A stretch of 64,000 nucleotides of DNA, from assembly GCA_051294375.1 (NCBI GenBank), contig CM119264.1:28416709-28480708 (forward strand). The letters run 5' to 3'. This DNA is from Paraspadella gotoi (Eukaryota; Animalia; Chaetognatha). Positions 38,762 to 51,308 of this stretch are shown piece after piece (within the stretch, counting starts at the first letter, position 1; each line of letters begins with the position of its first letter). The notes beneath the pieces were generated by a model, which worked only from the letters and a program-made list of their open reading frames with translations, was not told where the DNA came from and did not search any database. The position numbers and the translations under genes were made by a program.

Positions 38762-40511
38762 CTGGCCGAAAAAAAAAAGAAGAATTGATCCGATAATACA
38801 AACGATGGTAAAGTTTTAAAAAATTCTTGGCCATCTTTTCCGAAAGCGCCCAATTTCAGCTTAAACTTAGGAATAAAGTTTTTTTTGTTTTTTTGTTTTT
38901 TTGTTTTTTTTTTAGATTTAAAGATTAGGTTATAGGTTCTGGATTAGGAGTTTTGATTTAGGATTAGGGTTAGGGTAAGGGATAAGGATATTAGGTTAAG
39001 GATTAAGCTGAAGAATTAAAGATTGATTAGGGTTAGAGAACAGGTTAGGGTTATGGAAAATGCTTCTAGACTGTATAAAACATTTGGAAAGATATTAAAT
39101 TTAAAAATTAAGGTTAAAATTAAGTTAACGAATTAGGAATAGAAATGAGGTACTTTCGGAAAATAGTACCAAATTCTTCAAACTATAAAACCCCTTACCA
39201 TTGTCAAAGGTAGAGAAAAACCTTTTTTTTTTGCCGGGAAGAATCAAACACTTCCAAAATTAAAAAAAAAAGCAAAAAAAAAAAAGCAGACGGGTTTCGT
39301 TTTCCATCCGGGGTTTTTAGATTCAGCGCCTATGAGGTTGTCAAAACACTGTCAAGCCAGGAGACGAAGTCTTGTTGGGGTTGAAAATTGGGATTAGCGA
39401 AAACAAAAGGTAAAGAAAATCAACGAAGGTATGGTAAATCGCGTAGAACAGCGGTTCGTTTTAGTCACTCGGGGGGGGGGGGTGAACAGTTGAAATTTAA
39501 GTACAAATACACGGCATATCATTTGGAACATTAATAGGCTCAGTCTCTAATTAAGACCATTTACGACTAATAATTATATTCATTACTATCAATTGTTTTG
39601 AATATATTCTTTTTATAAGTGCGCTGGGCAATCTACACCATTTTACACTTAAAATGCTTAATAACCTGAATCATCTAAACTTTTTAACTTTTCACTGTTA
39701 ATCCTTTCATTACAATTTATTTGGACCAAAACAAACGTAGTATATTTCAACATTTTATCTTTAACGGAACATATTCAATCTGTTTTAACTATCTTTGTTT
39801 TGGCTTTCACTTAAAATAATTTTTAGATTGTGAGCTTAACTTACCTTCTCCCGATGACGGAGGTTTTAGGGGGTAAGTCTCGATCGGGTAGAATCGTTTG
39901 TCTGAGTCTTCGTCATCTTCCCCGTCGCCCGAGCGGCCACGCCTACTGAAGCGGATGGATGGGCGTGAGAGGGGAGGTAGGGGCCAAGGGTTGGAAGGTA
40001 AGGTCGATATTAGAGGGATTTTTATGCTCTTAGTGTTTTATTCGTCGGAACTAAAAAAAAACATTTCACGATTGTTGATTCTTGTAAAAGTAGGATTTGT
40101 CTCTTGACGTTGTCGAGTTAATTATTGTAACCGATGAGGAGGAGGGGTTCAGCCGAAGGCATCGTCATCCTCCCCTTTCCTCATCCTCTTCTCCTTCGAG
40201 CTCGCGGGATTTCGGGGTCCAGGTTTTTCGTTTCAAAAATATTCACTCCACCTTTTTCCCTCTCTTTAGACAGACCTACAACTTGTTGTTATTTTATTCG
40301 TCCTTTTTTTCTCCCTTTCAATAAACGCTTTTTCCTCTCATTCGAATCTTATTTTGCCAGAGACATGATTATAGGGGTAACACACTGTACTTTGAAGGTT
40401 AATAGAGTCGCTTTACTCTTGAGTATAAAGGCAGCGCATTGCAGTGAACAAACTCTCTCTCTCTTTTCTTTCCTTTTCTCCCCCCATGTTTTCTGTTTTC
40501 TTTTCTATTCT

Positions 40512-40592
<81 letters not shown>

Positions 40593-41591
40593 GCACTCGA
40601 CAGACTCAAGAGACGAGTTAAAACGTTTGCATTTATTTTGGTTCGCGTTGTTAGACTCGACGGTTAATGAAATCGTCGTCTTCATCGTCGTCGTCGTCGT
40701 CTGCATCGTCTTCGTTTTCGTCGTGGCAAATGAGGCGTTCGCTATGACCCATTGCATGTGAATACAATCACGACGAGTAATTCGGATGGTAAGTCACGTC
40801 GTATGCTGTAGTTACCACGACGAGGACGACGACGACGACGACAACTGAGGTGGGATGAGTCGCTCCTTCCGTGACAGAAAAATAAACAGAGTCAATGTTA
40901 AGTGTGAGACTTTTTCACGTTCATTCATGTGCATTAAAGCGAAGCAAAAATATTAAAATCTAGTAGAATCAAAATTCGAATAGTAGATCATGAAGAGGCT
41001 TGTACCTGTGAACATTTCTAAATTATTAAATATTATTTTTCATTTGTCAATTTTCGCTTATCCCATATTTATACAGAGTACTCACCATAGAAAATGTCAA
41101 AATTTTAAATTTTTTTTTCTTATTTTTGAAAGCAGATTCGAATTCCTAAAGAAAAGTTGATAAAAGGAAATATAACCCTTTTTAAAAAAATATTTCATTA
41201 AGTGGGTCAAAATTTTAAAAAACTATTATAAATAACCTATAATTTAATTTTAGTATAAAAATATAATTTTTAAAATTTTCAGCTAACTTAATGAAATAAT
41301 TTTTTATAAAGACTTATATTTTCTTATCAACTTTTTATGAGGAATTTTCTCTCTTCCCTTTTTTCATTTTGTCAAGACTCAAGACTCTTGGTTTTTCCCA
41401 CGGTCAAGATTTGGCTTCATCTTCGGCCGAATCGACTCTTTGTCGCTTCATCAGCTTCCTCAGTGTCCTAGGCGGCTGAAGCCCCTCATCGCCGCTCTGT
41501 TTGTTTACCAATCATATTATGCAAGAGCAAAGAAGACACCAACCTTTTTCTATTTCCCGCGCGCGAGAAGAAGAGAGAGGGAAAAAAATCC

Positions 41592-42118
41592 GAGATTAAA
41601 GAAGGTAGAAAGTGATGAGAAGAAAATGTAGAAGGTGGAAAGGTAGAGATTAAAGAAGGTGGAACAGTGATTGAGATGAAAATGTAGAAGGTGGAAAGGT
41701 GGAGATTAAAGAAGGTGGAAAGTGATGAGATGAAAATGTGGAAGGTGGAAAGGTGGAAATTAAAGAAGGTGGAAAGTGATGAGATGAAAATGTGGAAGGT
41801 GGAAAGGTGGAAATTAAAGAAGGTGGAAAGTGATGAGAAGAAAATGTGGAAGGTGGAAAGGTAGAGATTAAAGAAGGTGGAAAGTGATGAGATGAAAATG
41901 TGGAAGGTGGAAAGGTAGAGATTAAAGAAGGTGAAAGTGATGAGATTGAAAATGTGGAAGGTGGAAAGGTGGAGATTAAAGAAGGTAGAAAATGATGAGA
42001 AGAAAATGTGGAAGGAGGAAAGGTGGAGATTAAAAAAGGTGGAAAGTGATGAGATGAAAATGTGGAAGGTGGTAAGGTGGAGATTAAAGAAGGTGGAAAG
42101 TGATGAGATGAAAATGTT
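41592..42118. repeat. 54-bp purine-rich minisatellite (also at about 36920-37395 and 43717-44135)
   Basis: Unit GAGATTAAAGAAGGTGGAAAGTGATGAGATGAAAATGTGGAAGGTGGAAAGGTG, about 10 copies. Confidence 0.93.
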
Positions 42119-42825
42119 AAGTCAATTTTAAATTGTTTAAAATGAGTGAAAGATGAAATAGAAGGGAAGGATCTAAAAGTGAAAAAGTATGAACAACAAA
42201 AGTGAAGATAAATAAGAATGTCGCATAAAATATAAAAATATAAAATCAAATTTTATTTTTATTATTCTTTAGGCTATATTTTTTTTCCTTACCCTGTGTT
42301 ATTTGATTATCAATGAAACGAAATTTCATTCCACCATTTATTTCTTCGTACTTACTTTCATAACTAATTTTATAATTATACATTGATCTTTTTTTTCCCA
42401 ATATCTGAGACGAACGGACCGACCAAAAAGGCTCCTAATGAGACACGTCAGGCCGCAACAAAAAGCGTCAGTAGGGAAATCGAGAAAGATGGAAAAGAAA
42501 CCGTGAAAGATTAAAGGGAAGAAAACGAAGTTCGGAGGATTAGGGGGAAGGGGAGGGGGCGCGAACTGGCGGCTAAAATAATCGTCTTTTGTTTGAGGTA
42601 AACATCGACTGGATCCGACGAAAAGATTGGATTTGTTTATCGACAACAAATCGCTATCTTTAGGCGACGATCCTCTTCAGATTACTTTTCTCATTTCAGT
42701 CGGTCAGTCTCTCTGTCTCTCTGTCTCTCTGTCCGTCGATTTCCGAGTTTCCTTCGCGCTACAACATTTGACGAAGAGTATTTTCACATGTGGTTCCGAT
42801 TAGCGACTTCCGCCCGACAACCGCG

Positions 42826-43140
42826 TCCAGCGCGTCCTACATCGCGTCCGACATCGCGACCAACATCGCGTTTGAAACAGCATCCAACGTTGTTTAAAAT
42901 TGTGTTCGATGCCGCAACCAATATCGCGTCTGATATGGCTACCAACAATGTTTCTAACATCGTGTTCAACCTCACTTTTTCGATTTCATTATCAACTTTA
43001 TTCTGTATGGTGTTCAACACTGTGTCCAACATCGCGTTCGAAATAGCATCCAATATTACATCCGACATCGCATCTAATACTGCGTCCAACATCGCTTCCG
43101 ACATCGCTTCCGACATCGCGTCCGACATCGCGTCCGACGA
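42826..43140. repeat. Degenerate 12-bp repeat (CATCGCGTCCGA-like); also at about 44985-45315
   Basis: Period-12 units. The minus frame reads SDAM SDAM SEAM SEAM LDAV LDAM. Confidence 0.75.
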
Positions 43141-43201
43141 GGACAACTTGCGCCACTAACTCCATTTGCATATATATTAGGCGGGGAGATGGAATGCTGT
43201 A

Positions 43202-43306
<105 letters not shown>

Positions 43307-45392
43307 CAACGAGAGGAACTCATGATTAAGATCGTGGTTAAAGCATTCGAATGGGGTTAAAAATAGACGAGTCTAGAGAAGTCTTGTTAATTTGTGTGCA
43401 GTTGGCGTGAGAAGCCGTGTAGTATCGAGTCGGAGGCTTCGAACGACGGAACTCGNNNNNNNNNNNNNNNNNNNNNNNNNTTCCCTTTTCCATTTAGTCA
43501 GACTCAAGACTCTTGGTTTTTTTTTCCCACGGTCAAGATTGGCTTCATCTTCGGCGAATCGACTCTTCTCGCTTCATCAGCTTCTCAGTGTCCTAGGCGG
43601 TTGAAGCCCCTCATCGCCGCTCTGTTTGTTTACCAATCATATTATGCAAGAGCAAAGAAGACACCAAGCCTTTTTCTATTTCCCGCGCGCGAGAAGAAGA
43701 GAGAGGGAAAAAATCCGAGATTAAAGAAGGTAGAAAGTGATGAGAAAAATGTGAGAAGGTGGAAGGTAGAGATTAAAGAAGGTGGAAAGGTGATGAGATG
43801 AAAATGTGAGAAGGTGGAAAGGTGGAGATTAAAGAAGGTAGAAAAGTGATGAGATGAAAATGTGGAAGGTGGAAAGGTGGAAATTAAAGAAGGTGGAAAG
43901 TGATGAGATGAAAATGTGGAAGGTGGAAAGGTGGAAATTAAAGAAGGTGGAAAGTGATGAGATGAAGAAATGTGGGAAGGTGGAAAGGTGGAGATTAAAG
44001 AAGGTGGAAAGTGATGAGATGAAAATGTGGAAGGAGGAAAGATGAGATTAAAGAAGGTGGAAAGTGATGAGATGAAAATGTGGAAGTGGAAAGGTGGAGA
44101 TTAAAGAAGGTGGAAAAGTGATGAGATGAAAATGTAAAGTCAATTTTAAAATTGTTTAAAATGAGTGAAAGATGAAATAGAAGGGAAGGATCTAAAAGTG
44201 AAAAAGTATGAACAACAAAAGTGAAGATAAATAAGAATGTCGCATAAAATATAAAAAATAAAATCAAATTTTTATTTTATTATTCTTTAGGCTATATTTT
44301 TTCCTTACCCCTGTGTTATTTGATTATCAATGAAACGAAATTTCATTCCACCATTTATTTCTTCGTACTTACTTTCATAACTAATTTTATAATTATACAT
44401 TGATCTTTTTTTCCCAATATCTGAGACGAACGGACCGACCAAAAAAAGGCTCCTAATGAGACACGTCAGGCCGCAACAAAAAGCGTCAGTAGGGAATCGA
44501 GAAGATGGAAAAGAAACCGTGAAAGATTAAAGGAAGAAAACGAAGTTCGGAGGATTAGGGGGAAGGGCAGGGGCGCGAACTGGCGGCTAAAATAATCGTC
44601 TTTTGTTTGAGGTAAACATCGACCGGATCCGACGAAAAGATTGGATTTGTTTATCGACAACAAATCGCTATCTTTAGGCGACGATCCTCTTCAGATTACT
44701 TTCTCATTTCAGTCGGTGGTCTTTAGTCGGTCGTCTAGTCGGTCGGTCTCTCGTCTTCTCAGTCGTCGGTCTCAGTCGTCGTCTAGGGTCTCTCATCTGT
44801 CCTCTGGTCGTTCCATGTCTCTCGCGGTCGTTCAGTCGTGGTCTCTATCGCGTCCTCTGCGTCGGTCCAGCGCGCTCAGTCGTGGTATCTGTCTCAGTCG
44901 TAGTCTTCTGTTTCTCATCGAGTTCCTTCCGCACACATTGAGAGGTATTTTCACATGTGGTTCCGATAAGCGACTTCCGCCCGACAACCGCGTCCAGCGC
45001 GTCCTACATCGCGTCCGACATCGCGACCAACATCGCATTTGAAACAGCATCCAACAGTTGTTTAAAATTGTGTTCGATGCCGAGCACCAATATCGCGTCC
45101 TGATAGGCTACCAACAATGTTTCTAACATCGTGTTCAACCTCGCTTTTTCGATTTCATTATCAACTTTATTCTGTATGGTGTTCAACACTGTGTCCACTG
45201 CCACATCGCGTTCGAAATAGCATCCAATAATTACATCCGACATCGCATCTAATACTGAGTCCAACATCGCTTCCGACATCGCTTCCGACATCGCGTCCGA
45301 CATCGCGTCCGACGAGGACAACTTGCGCCACTAACTCCATTTGCATATATATTAGGCGGGGAGAGGAATCTGTAGCTCTCTCTCTCTCTCTC

Positions 45393-45439
<47 letters not shown>

Positions 45440-45656
45440 CAACGAGAGGAACTCATGATTAACGATCGTGGTTAAAGCATTCGAATGGGTTAAAAATAGA
45501 CGAGTCTAGAGAAGTCTTGTTAATTTTGTGTGCAGTTGGCGTGAGAAGCCGTGTAAGTATCGAGTCGGAGGCTTCGAACGACGGAACTCGATTCCGCGCG
45601 AAAAAGAGAAAGAAAAAGTTTTGATGATGAAGCAGAAAGAAAGAAAAAGACTCATT

Positions 45657-45751
<95 letters not shown>

Positions 45752-47159
45752 GGAGCGAAGATATTTTTATCAGAATCAATTTCCTTCTCTGACATTTTCA
45801 AACTTATCTCGGAAACTTTTTTATAGCATTACGATCAGGAAAAATTAGCTTTGGTTCTATCTTACATTTAATTCAATTTTAATCTTAAACTATATTCATA
45901 AATACCATGAATATTGTTGGTTTTGTTTAATAGATGCGCTTTTACTCAATTATCTTATTGAAGAGACAGTAATTATTGTTATATGAAATTGGTACAACCA
46001 ATATAAAAATTATCCATTCATTTAATAAATAAGCTATCTTGCCCCTGACTTATATTAGTGACATAACCGTTTAATATAAGCCTGAGCTTCGGATCTTTTT
46101 TTTTCCCGGAACTTTGGGTTGGGAGTCGAATGACCTGCCTCCGGCACCAATGGCCACTGATGAACGGTTTGTGGATTATAGTCCACCATATTATGAAATT
46201 GGTACAACCAATATAAAAATTATCCATTCAATTAATAAATAAGCTATCTTGCCCCTGACTTTGTTATTTTGTCAAAACGAAACTTTTTTTTTGTTTAAAT
46301 CCCAATAGAAAACAATAGTGAACATTTGCCATTTTCCTTACATTTAAAGAAAAATCCATTTCCTCATTGTCCAACGATCATTTTTTTTTTATTTGAGCCC
46401 ATGAAAGGATTTCCCCTTTTCGCTTTCCGCTCACTACTGTGCAAACAAAAGCCAAGATTCTCGACGTCTTCTGCTCAAACAAATATTCTTTCTTTTTCTT
46501 GAATCTTCCGCGACGACGACAACGACGACGATGACTATGGCGACGACGATAATGACAAACGATCCGTCGTCGAAATAATTTATAATAATGATTTAGAGAA
46601 GTTGATTAAAGTAGTGAATCGTGGAGACACGAGGTTAAACACTAGGGTTAAAAACTAAGGTCATAGGCCATATTCTAACATGACAAGAAAGCGATTCGTA
46701 TATATATACAAGTATACATATATCAGGCCATTTTATTACTATTTCCACATTTTAATTCAATAAATAAAAATCATCTTTCTTATAATTTTATGCGTACGTA
46801 GAATTGGTTCAGCGTTGTCTGCCGTTGCAACGCCACGGCCTCTCCATTTGGTGTTGTGTTTATTTGTTGTCGAACTCATTGGCATATAAATTAATACTTT
46901 TGGCTCGAGAGGAAACGTTAAATTATTCCGTCCCATTAGGCGTCACTTCTCTCTTTATGTCTCCCCGTTCTCCGGTTCCACAATCCCCTGTTTCCCATCC
47001 CCTGTTCCCCGTAATCCCCGTTTCTGCTCCCTTTCTTAGGCTTATGTCTCAAGGCCGCCAAGAAAATCCAGAAAGTCGAGAAATAATTCTTTTTTTTTTC
47101 CCTTAAAGTTAAGCATTAATTCGTTGAAATTTGAAAGAAAGAAAGAAAGAAAGAAAGAG

Positions 47160-47234
<75 letters not shown>

Positions 47235-47795
47235 CCTTGACATCCTGCGTCGGAAATTGTTGCGACGTCCAATTTAACATTTTCGACCCTTGAATTTTTT
47301 TTCTAGAATGTAGATTGAATGTTGACAAAATGTAGACAGAATTGGAAAGCAAAACGATTTCACCTTAACAACATAACCTCTCACATACAATCCCCTAGTA
47401 GTAGTAGTTTCTATTGCGAAAAGAGTTTCGGAAGGAGACCGCCGTTTCAACAACGTTTTTTTCTCAAACTCAAGTTCCGCCGCCTCGAGGCGAAAAACGG
47501 AAATTAAGAGAAACAAAAGACGCCGTTAAATAGCAGCGGGGCGGAGGCGGCGCTGTTGGAGCGGCAGCGGCAGCGGTTCTCATCCGCGCCGGTTGGGTCT
47601 TCAACAAGGCCGCTATCGAAGGGAAGAGTCAACAGCCAAATTTTATACATAGACTTCCGTTCTATTTTCTTAATCTTCAATTACAAAATTTAGTTGTTTA
47701 ATGTAGTAAATTGATGAAAACCCGAACTCCAAATTGAGATGAACTCACCAATCCCTGACAAAGTCATTGGTGAGTAACTTATTCTCATTCATGAT

Positions 47796-50408
47796 TTATA
47801 AAATTACTGAGGGACGCGTTCTTGGGCGTTCTTGAGAGATGGAGATTAATTGTCTTTCGCCGCCCCCGCCGCCGCCGCCGCCGCCGCCGCTCACAGCGAG
47901 TGCGTCATAAAGTGGCGGGTTTTTTGGCGACGTCATCAAGATTTTCGTCGAAAGTCGAGACGCGTCCAGATTCCGCTAGGATTACTTACCCGAGGATTAC
48001 TCACTCGTCAGAATAACTCCTTTAATCAAAAACGTCCGGTCGTGGGAGCTAAGGAGCAGATCAGCTCAATCACGGGCTCTTTTCTCTAGGAATATTACAT
48101 GTGTTGAGCTTATAATCTGGTTTAATAGACTAAACTGACTCGTTGTGGCGGTACGACTTGAAGCCCCCTTGCAATTGTCCGAGCGGGCTTAATCACGCCT
48201 GTCCCAGGCGTCCCGGGTTCAATCTCTTGGTATATCTGTCCTGGCTTAAATGTGGTGGACCGGTTAAAACATGCCAGTGAAAGGAGGCGGGCCGGCTCCT
48301 CTACGCCGGTCGCTCAGATGCCGGGTGCCCCAGATATGATAAGCAATCCCACCGTTGCTTAATTTTTTAAGAAATTCAAAATATACCAGAGGCAGTGGGA
48401 ATTTATCTTTTTATCCACGTCTTTATTTGAGAATAAACCTCGGACACAATCTTTCCATTTTCTTTTCCGATCCCGGAACACAAATCATTTGTCCCGTCTT
48501 TTACAAACAAAAACCTAACGATGCCTTTGCCGGCATCATTATTGCCAATGCCAGGAAATACAAGGGCCTTAATAAGAAAAACACGACCATCAGCAATAAC
48601 AATGGCAGAAACAAATCCATTTCCGCCAAGAACGATTCAAAACCTTTTTTTTTTTCTTGCGACGGTTTTTTTCCTTTTTCCTTCTTAAATCCTTTAAAGT
48701 TAAAAGCGTCTTAGATTGAAACGACTCGGGCAGCTGTGAAAATTGAATCATTTTTTGAAAAGATATTTATTTTCGTAGGCTTTATTTTTTTACTCAAAAT
48801 GTTAGTTTTTAGTTTTTTTGAAATTGATTAATTTTTTAAAAAGTTATTTACGAAGGCTTCATTTTTATACTCAAAATTTTTTAGTTTTTAGTTTTTTTTT
48901 AAATTGAAAATTTTTTTTTAAAGCTATTTATTTACGAATGCTTCATTTTCTTACTCAAAATGTTTGTTTTTATTTTTTTTTTCGGCTTAAGGATTTTCTT
49001 CCATTTCCATTTCCTTTTCTTTCCTATTTTCCCTCCTTTCTTCTCTCCTTTCTGCCTTTCTTTTTTCCATTATCCTTTATTTTTCTTTTTTTCCCTTCTA
49101 TTCCCTTCTTTCTTCCTTTCTTTATGTTTTTATTTCTATTTTCCTTTCTTATTTTTTCCCCCCCTTTCTCACAGTTATTCCCTTTTTTCTTCCTTTCTTT
49201 GTCCACATTTCTTTTTTTCCTTTTCCTTTGTATAATCATTCGCCCCTTTTCTCTCTCCATCGCGAGCGCCCACGGATCTTGATGAGACTAAAGACTAGAC
49301 AACGTAATAGCTTGGCACCGCAACGCCTTGGCACCGCAAATCAGCGACGCCCTTCAGTTGAGCGCCGCTTTAGCCTAGCCACTCCATGCTCCAGTCGGGC
49401 CCAGCAAATAGCTCCAATGCAGCACCCCACTCCAATCGGTCGCCGCAAGGCTTGGCCGTCCTTGTCCGGTCGTTCGTTGGAGTCGGCGGCTCGTAAATCA
49501 AGGGGATCATCGGACTTCGTTTCTCGTCCGCTTCTCCTCCGCTTCTGCCATTAATCTTCTCCGCTTCTCCCCTTAATCTCCTCCGCTTCTCCCCTTAATC
49601 TCTTCCCTCTTCTCACCTTAATCCCCTCCGCTTCTCCCCTTAATCTCTTCCCCTTCTCACCTTAATCCCCTCCGCTTCTCCCCTTAACCTTTTCCACATT
49701 TTCCCCTTAATTTCCTCCGCTTTCTCCCTTAATTTCCTCCGCTTCTCCCCTTAATTTCCTCCGCTTCCCTCCTTAATCTCCTCCGCTTCTCCACTTAATT
49801 TCCTCCGTTTCTCCCCTTAATCTCCTCCGCTTTTCCCCTTAATCTCCTCTGCTTCTTCCCTTTATCTCCTCCGCTTCTTCCCTTTTTTACGCTTCTCCTC
49901 CCCTCTTTCTCCGCTTCTCCTCCTCCCTTCTCTTCCCGCTCCTCATCTACATAATTCCTCGTCTTGGAAAGTGGACGGGGAAAAATGCCTCGTAATAAAA
50001 ACGCAGTTGGCCCCGAGATTCTGGGATCTTTGGATCTTGGATCTTGGATCTTGGATCTTGGATCTTGGATCAAAATCGGCAGAGCCGGGGAATCGGGGGA
50101 ATCCAGTGTTTAACGGGAAAATGATGTGTGGGAGACGACGACGACGACGACGACGACGAAGAAGAAGAAGAAGAAGGAGGCGGCCATATTTCTTTGTCTC
50201 GATTATTTTTGGCGGGAAATAGGGAATTAGCGGCGCTTGCCAGGAGCGTAGGAAACTCGTTAGAGAGATTTTGTAATTCGTTTGAGAGTTTTAATGTTGA
50301 AAGAAAAAAGGAAAGAAAGAAAGAAGGAGAGTAAAAATAAAAAAAGAAAGAAAGAAAGAAAGAAAAGAAAGAGAGAGAGAAATAAAAGATAAACAAGGGG
50401 AGAGAAAA

Positions 50409-50461
<53 letters not shown>

Positions 50462-51276
50462 AATAAAGAGAGAAATAAGGAAAGCCAGACAGAACGAGGA
50501 GAAAAAAGAAAAAAAAGTCAACTTAAGAAGAAAGATCACAAAGGGAAAAAAAGGGGAGGGAAAAAAGAGAATCGGAACCAACGCGAAGCAATGCAATGGG
50601 CCAACGAGTTAAGTTGTCTGGATTAGTTTCTCGAGAGGATTAAGTCGAGTTTAACAAACATGGAATAAAACTATTGGAACGTTATACATCGCAATGTATA
50701 AATACAAGAAGATTAAACTTAAATATTAAATATAAACATCAACGTCAGTCAATGTCAACAAAATCAAAATTCAACATCAACAACATCAACAACAACTCAC
50801 GTTCTGAAGTAAACGTAAAGAAATGCGGCGACGACGACGACGACGACGAGGGCGATGAGACCGACGACGATTCCCGCGATCGTCGTTGGCGTCGCGTCGA
50901 CGTGGGGCGACACTGATGCGCCTGGCGGGAAGAGAAGGAAGCTTCGCTTTTTGGCTCGGGGGAAAAAAAAGAGCAATCTTTTGATTTTATCTACTGAAGC
51001 CCGTTTTCAAGAAAAAAAAAAGTGAAATAAAGCTCATTTTGTTATTTAATTTTAAAAAATTCGATTTTTTTTTTAGTCGAAAAGTCGAAAGACGAAATCA
51101 TGCTTGGATTTTAGCCAAAAAAGGCAAATCGCTTTTGGCGACAAGAAATACGTTCATAGTTGACCAGAGGAGAAAGCGAACCCATTCATTGCTCGAGAAA
51201 GCCAAACCAAAGCACAACTGGACGGAAAAGAAAAAAAAAAGAAAAGGAAATTCTAAAAATATTCGGGGGCAAAAGA

Positions 51277-51308
<32 letters not shown>

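Noticed and set aside
41650-42249. 199-aa repetitive ORF (PPSLISTFPPSTFSSHHF)n
   Set aside because: A by-product of a 54-bp satellite. The frame is not kept in the other copies, and there are no clear splice signals.
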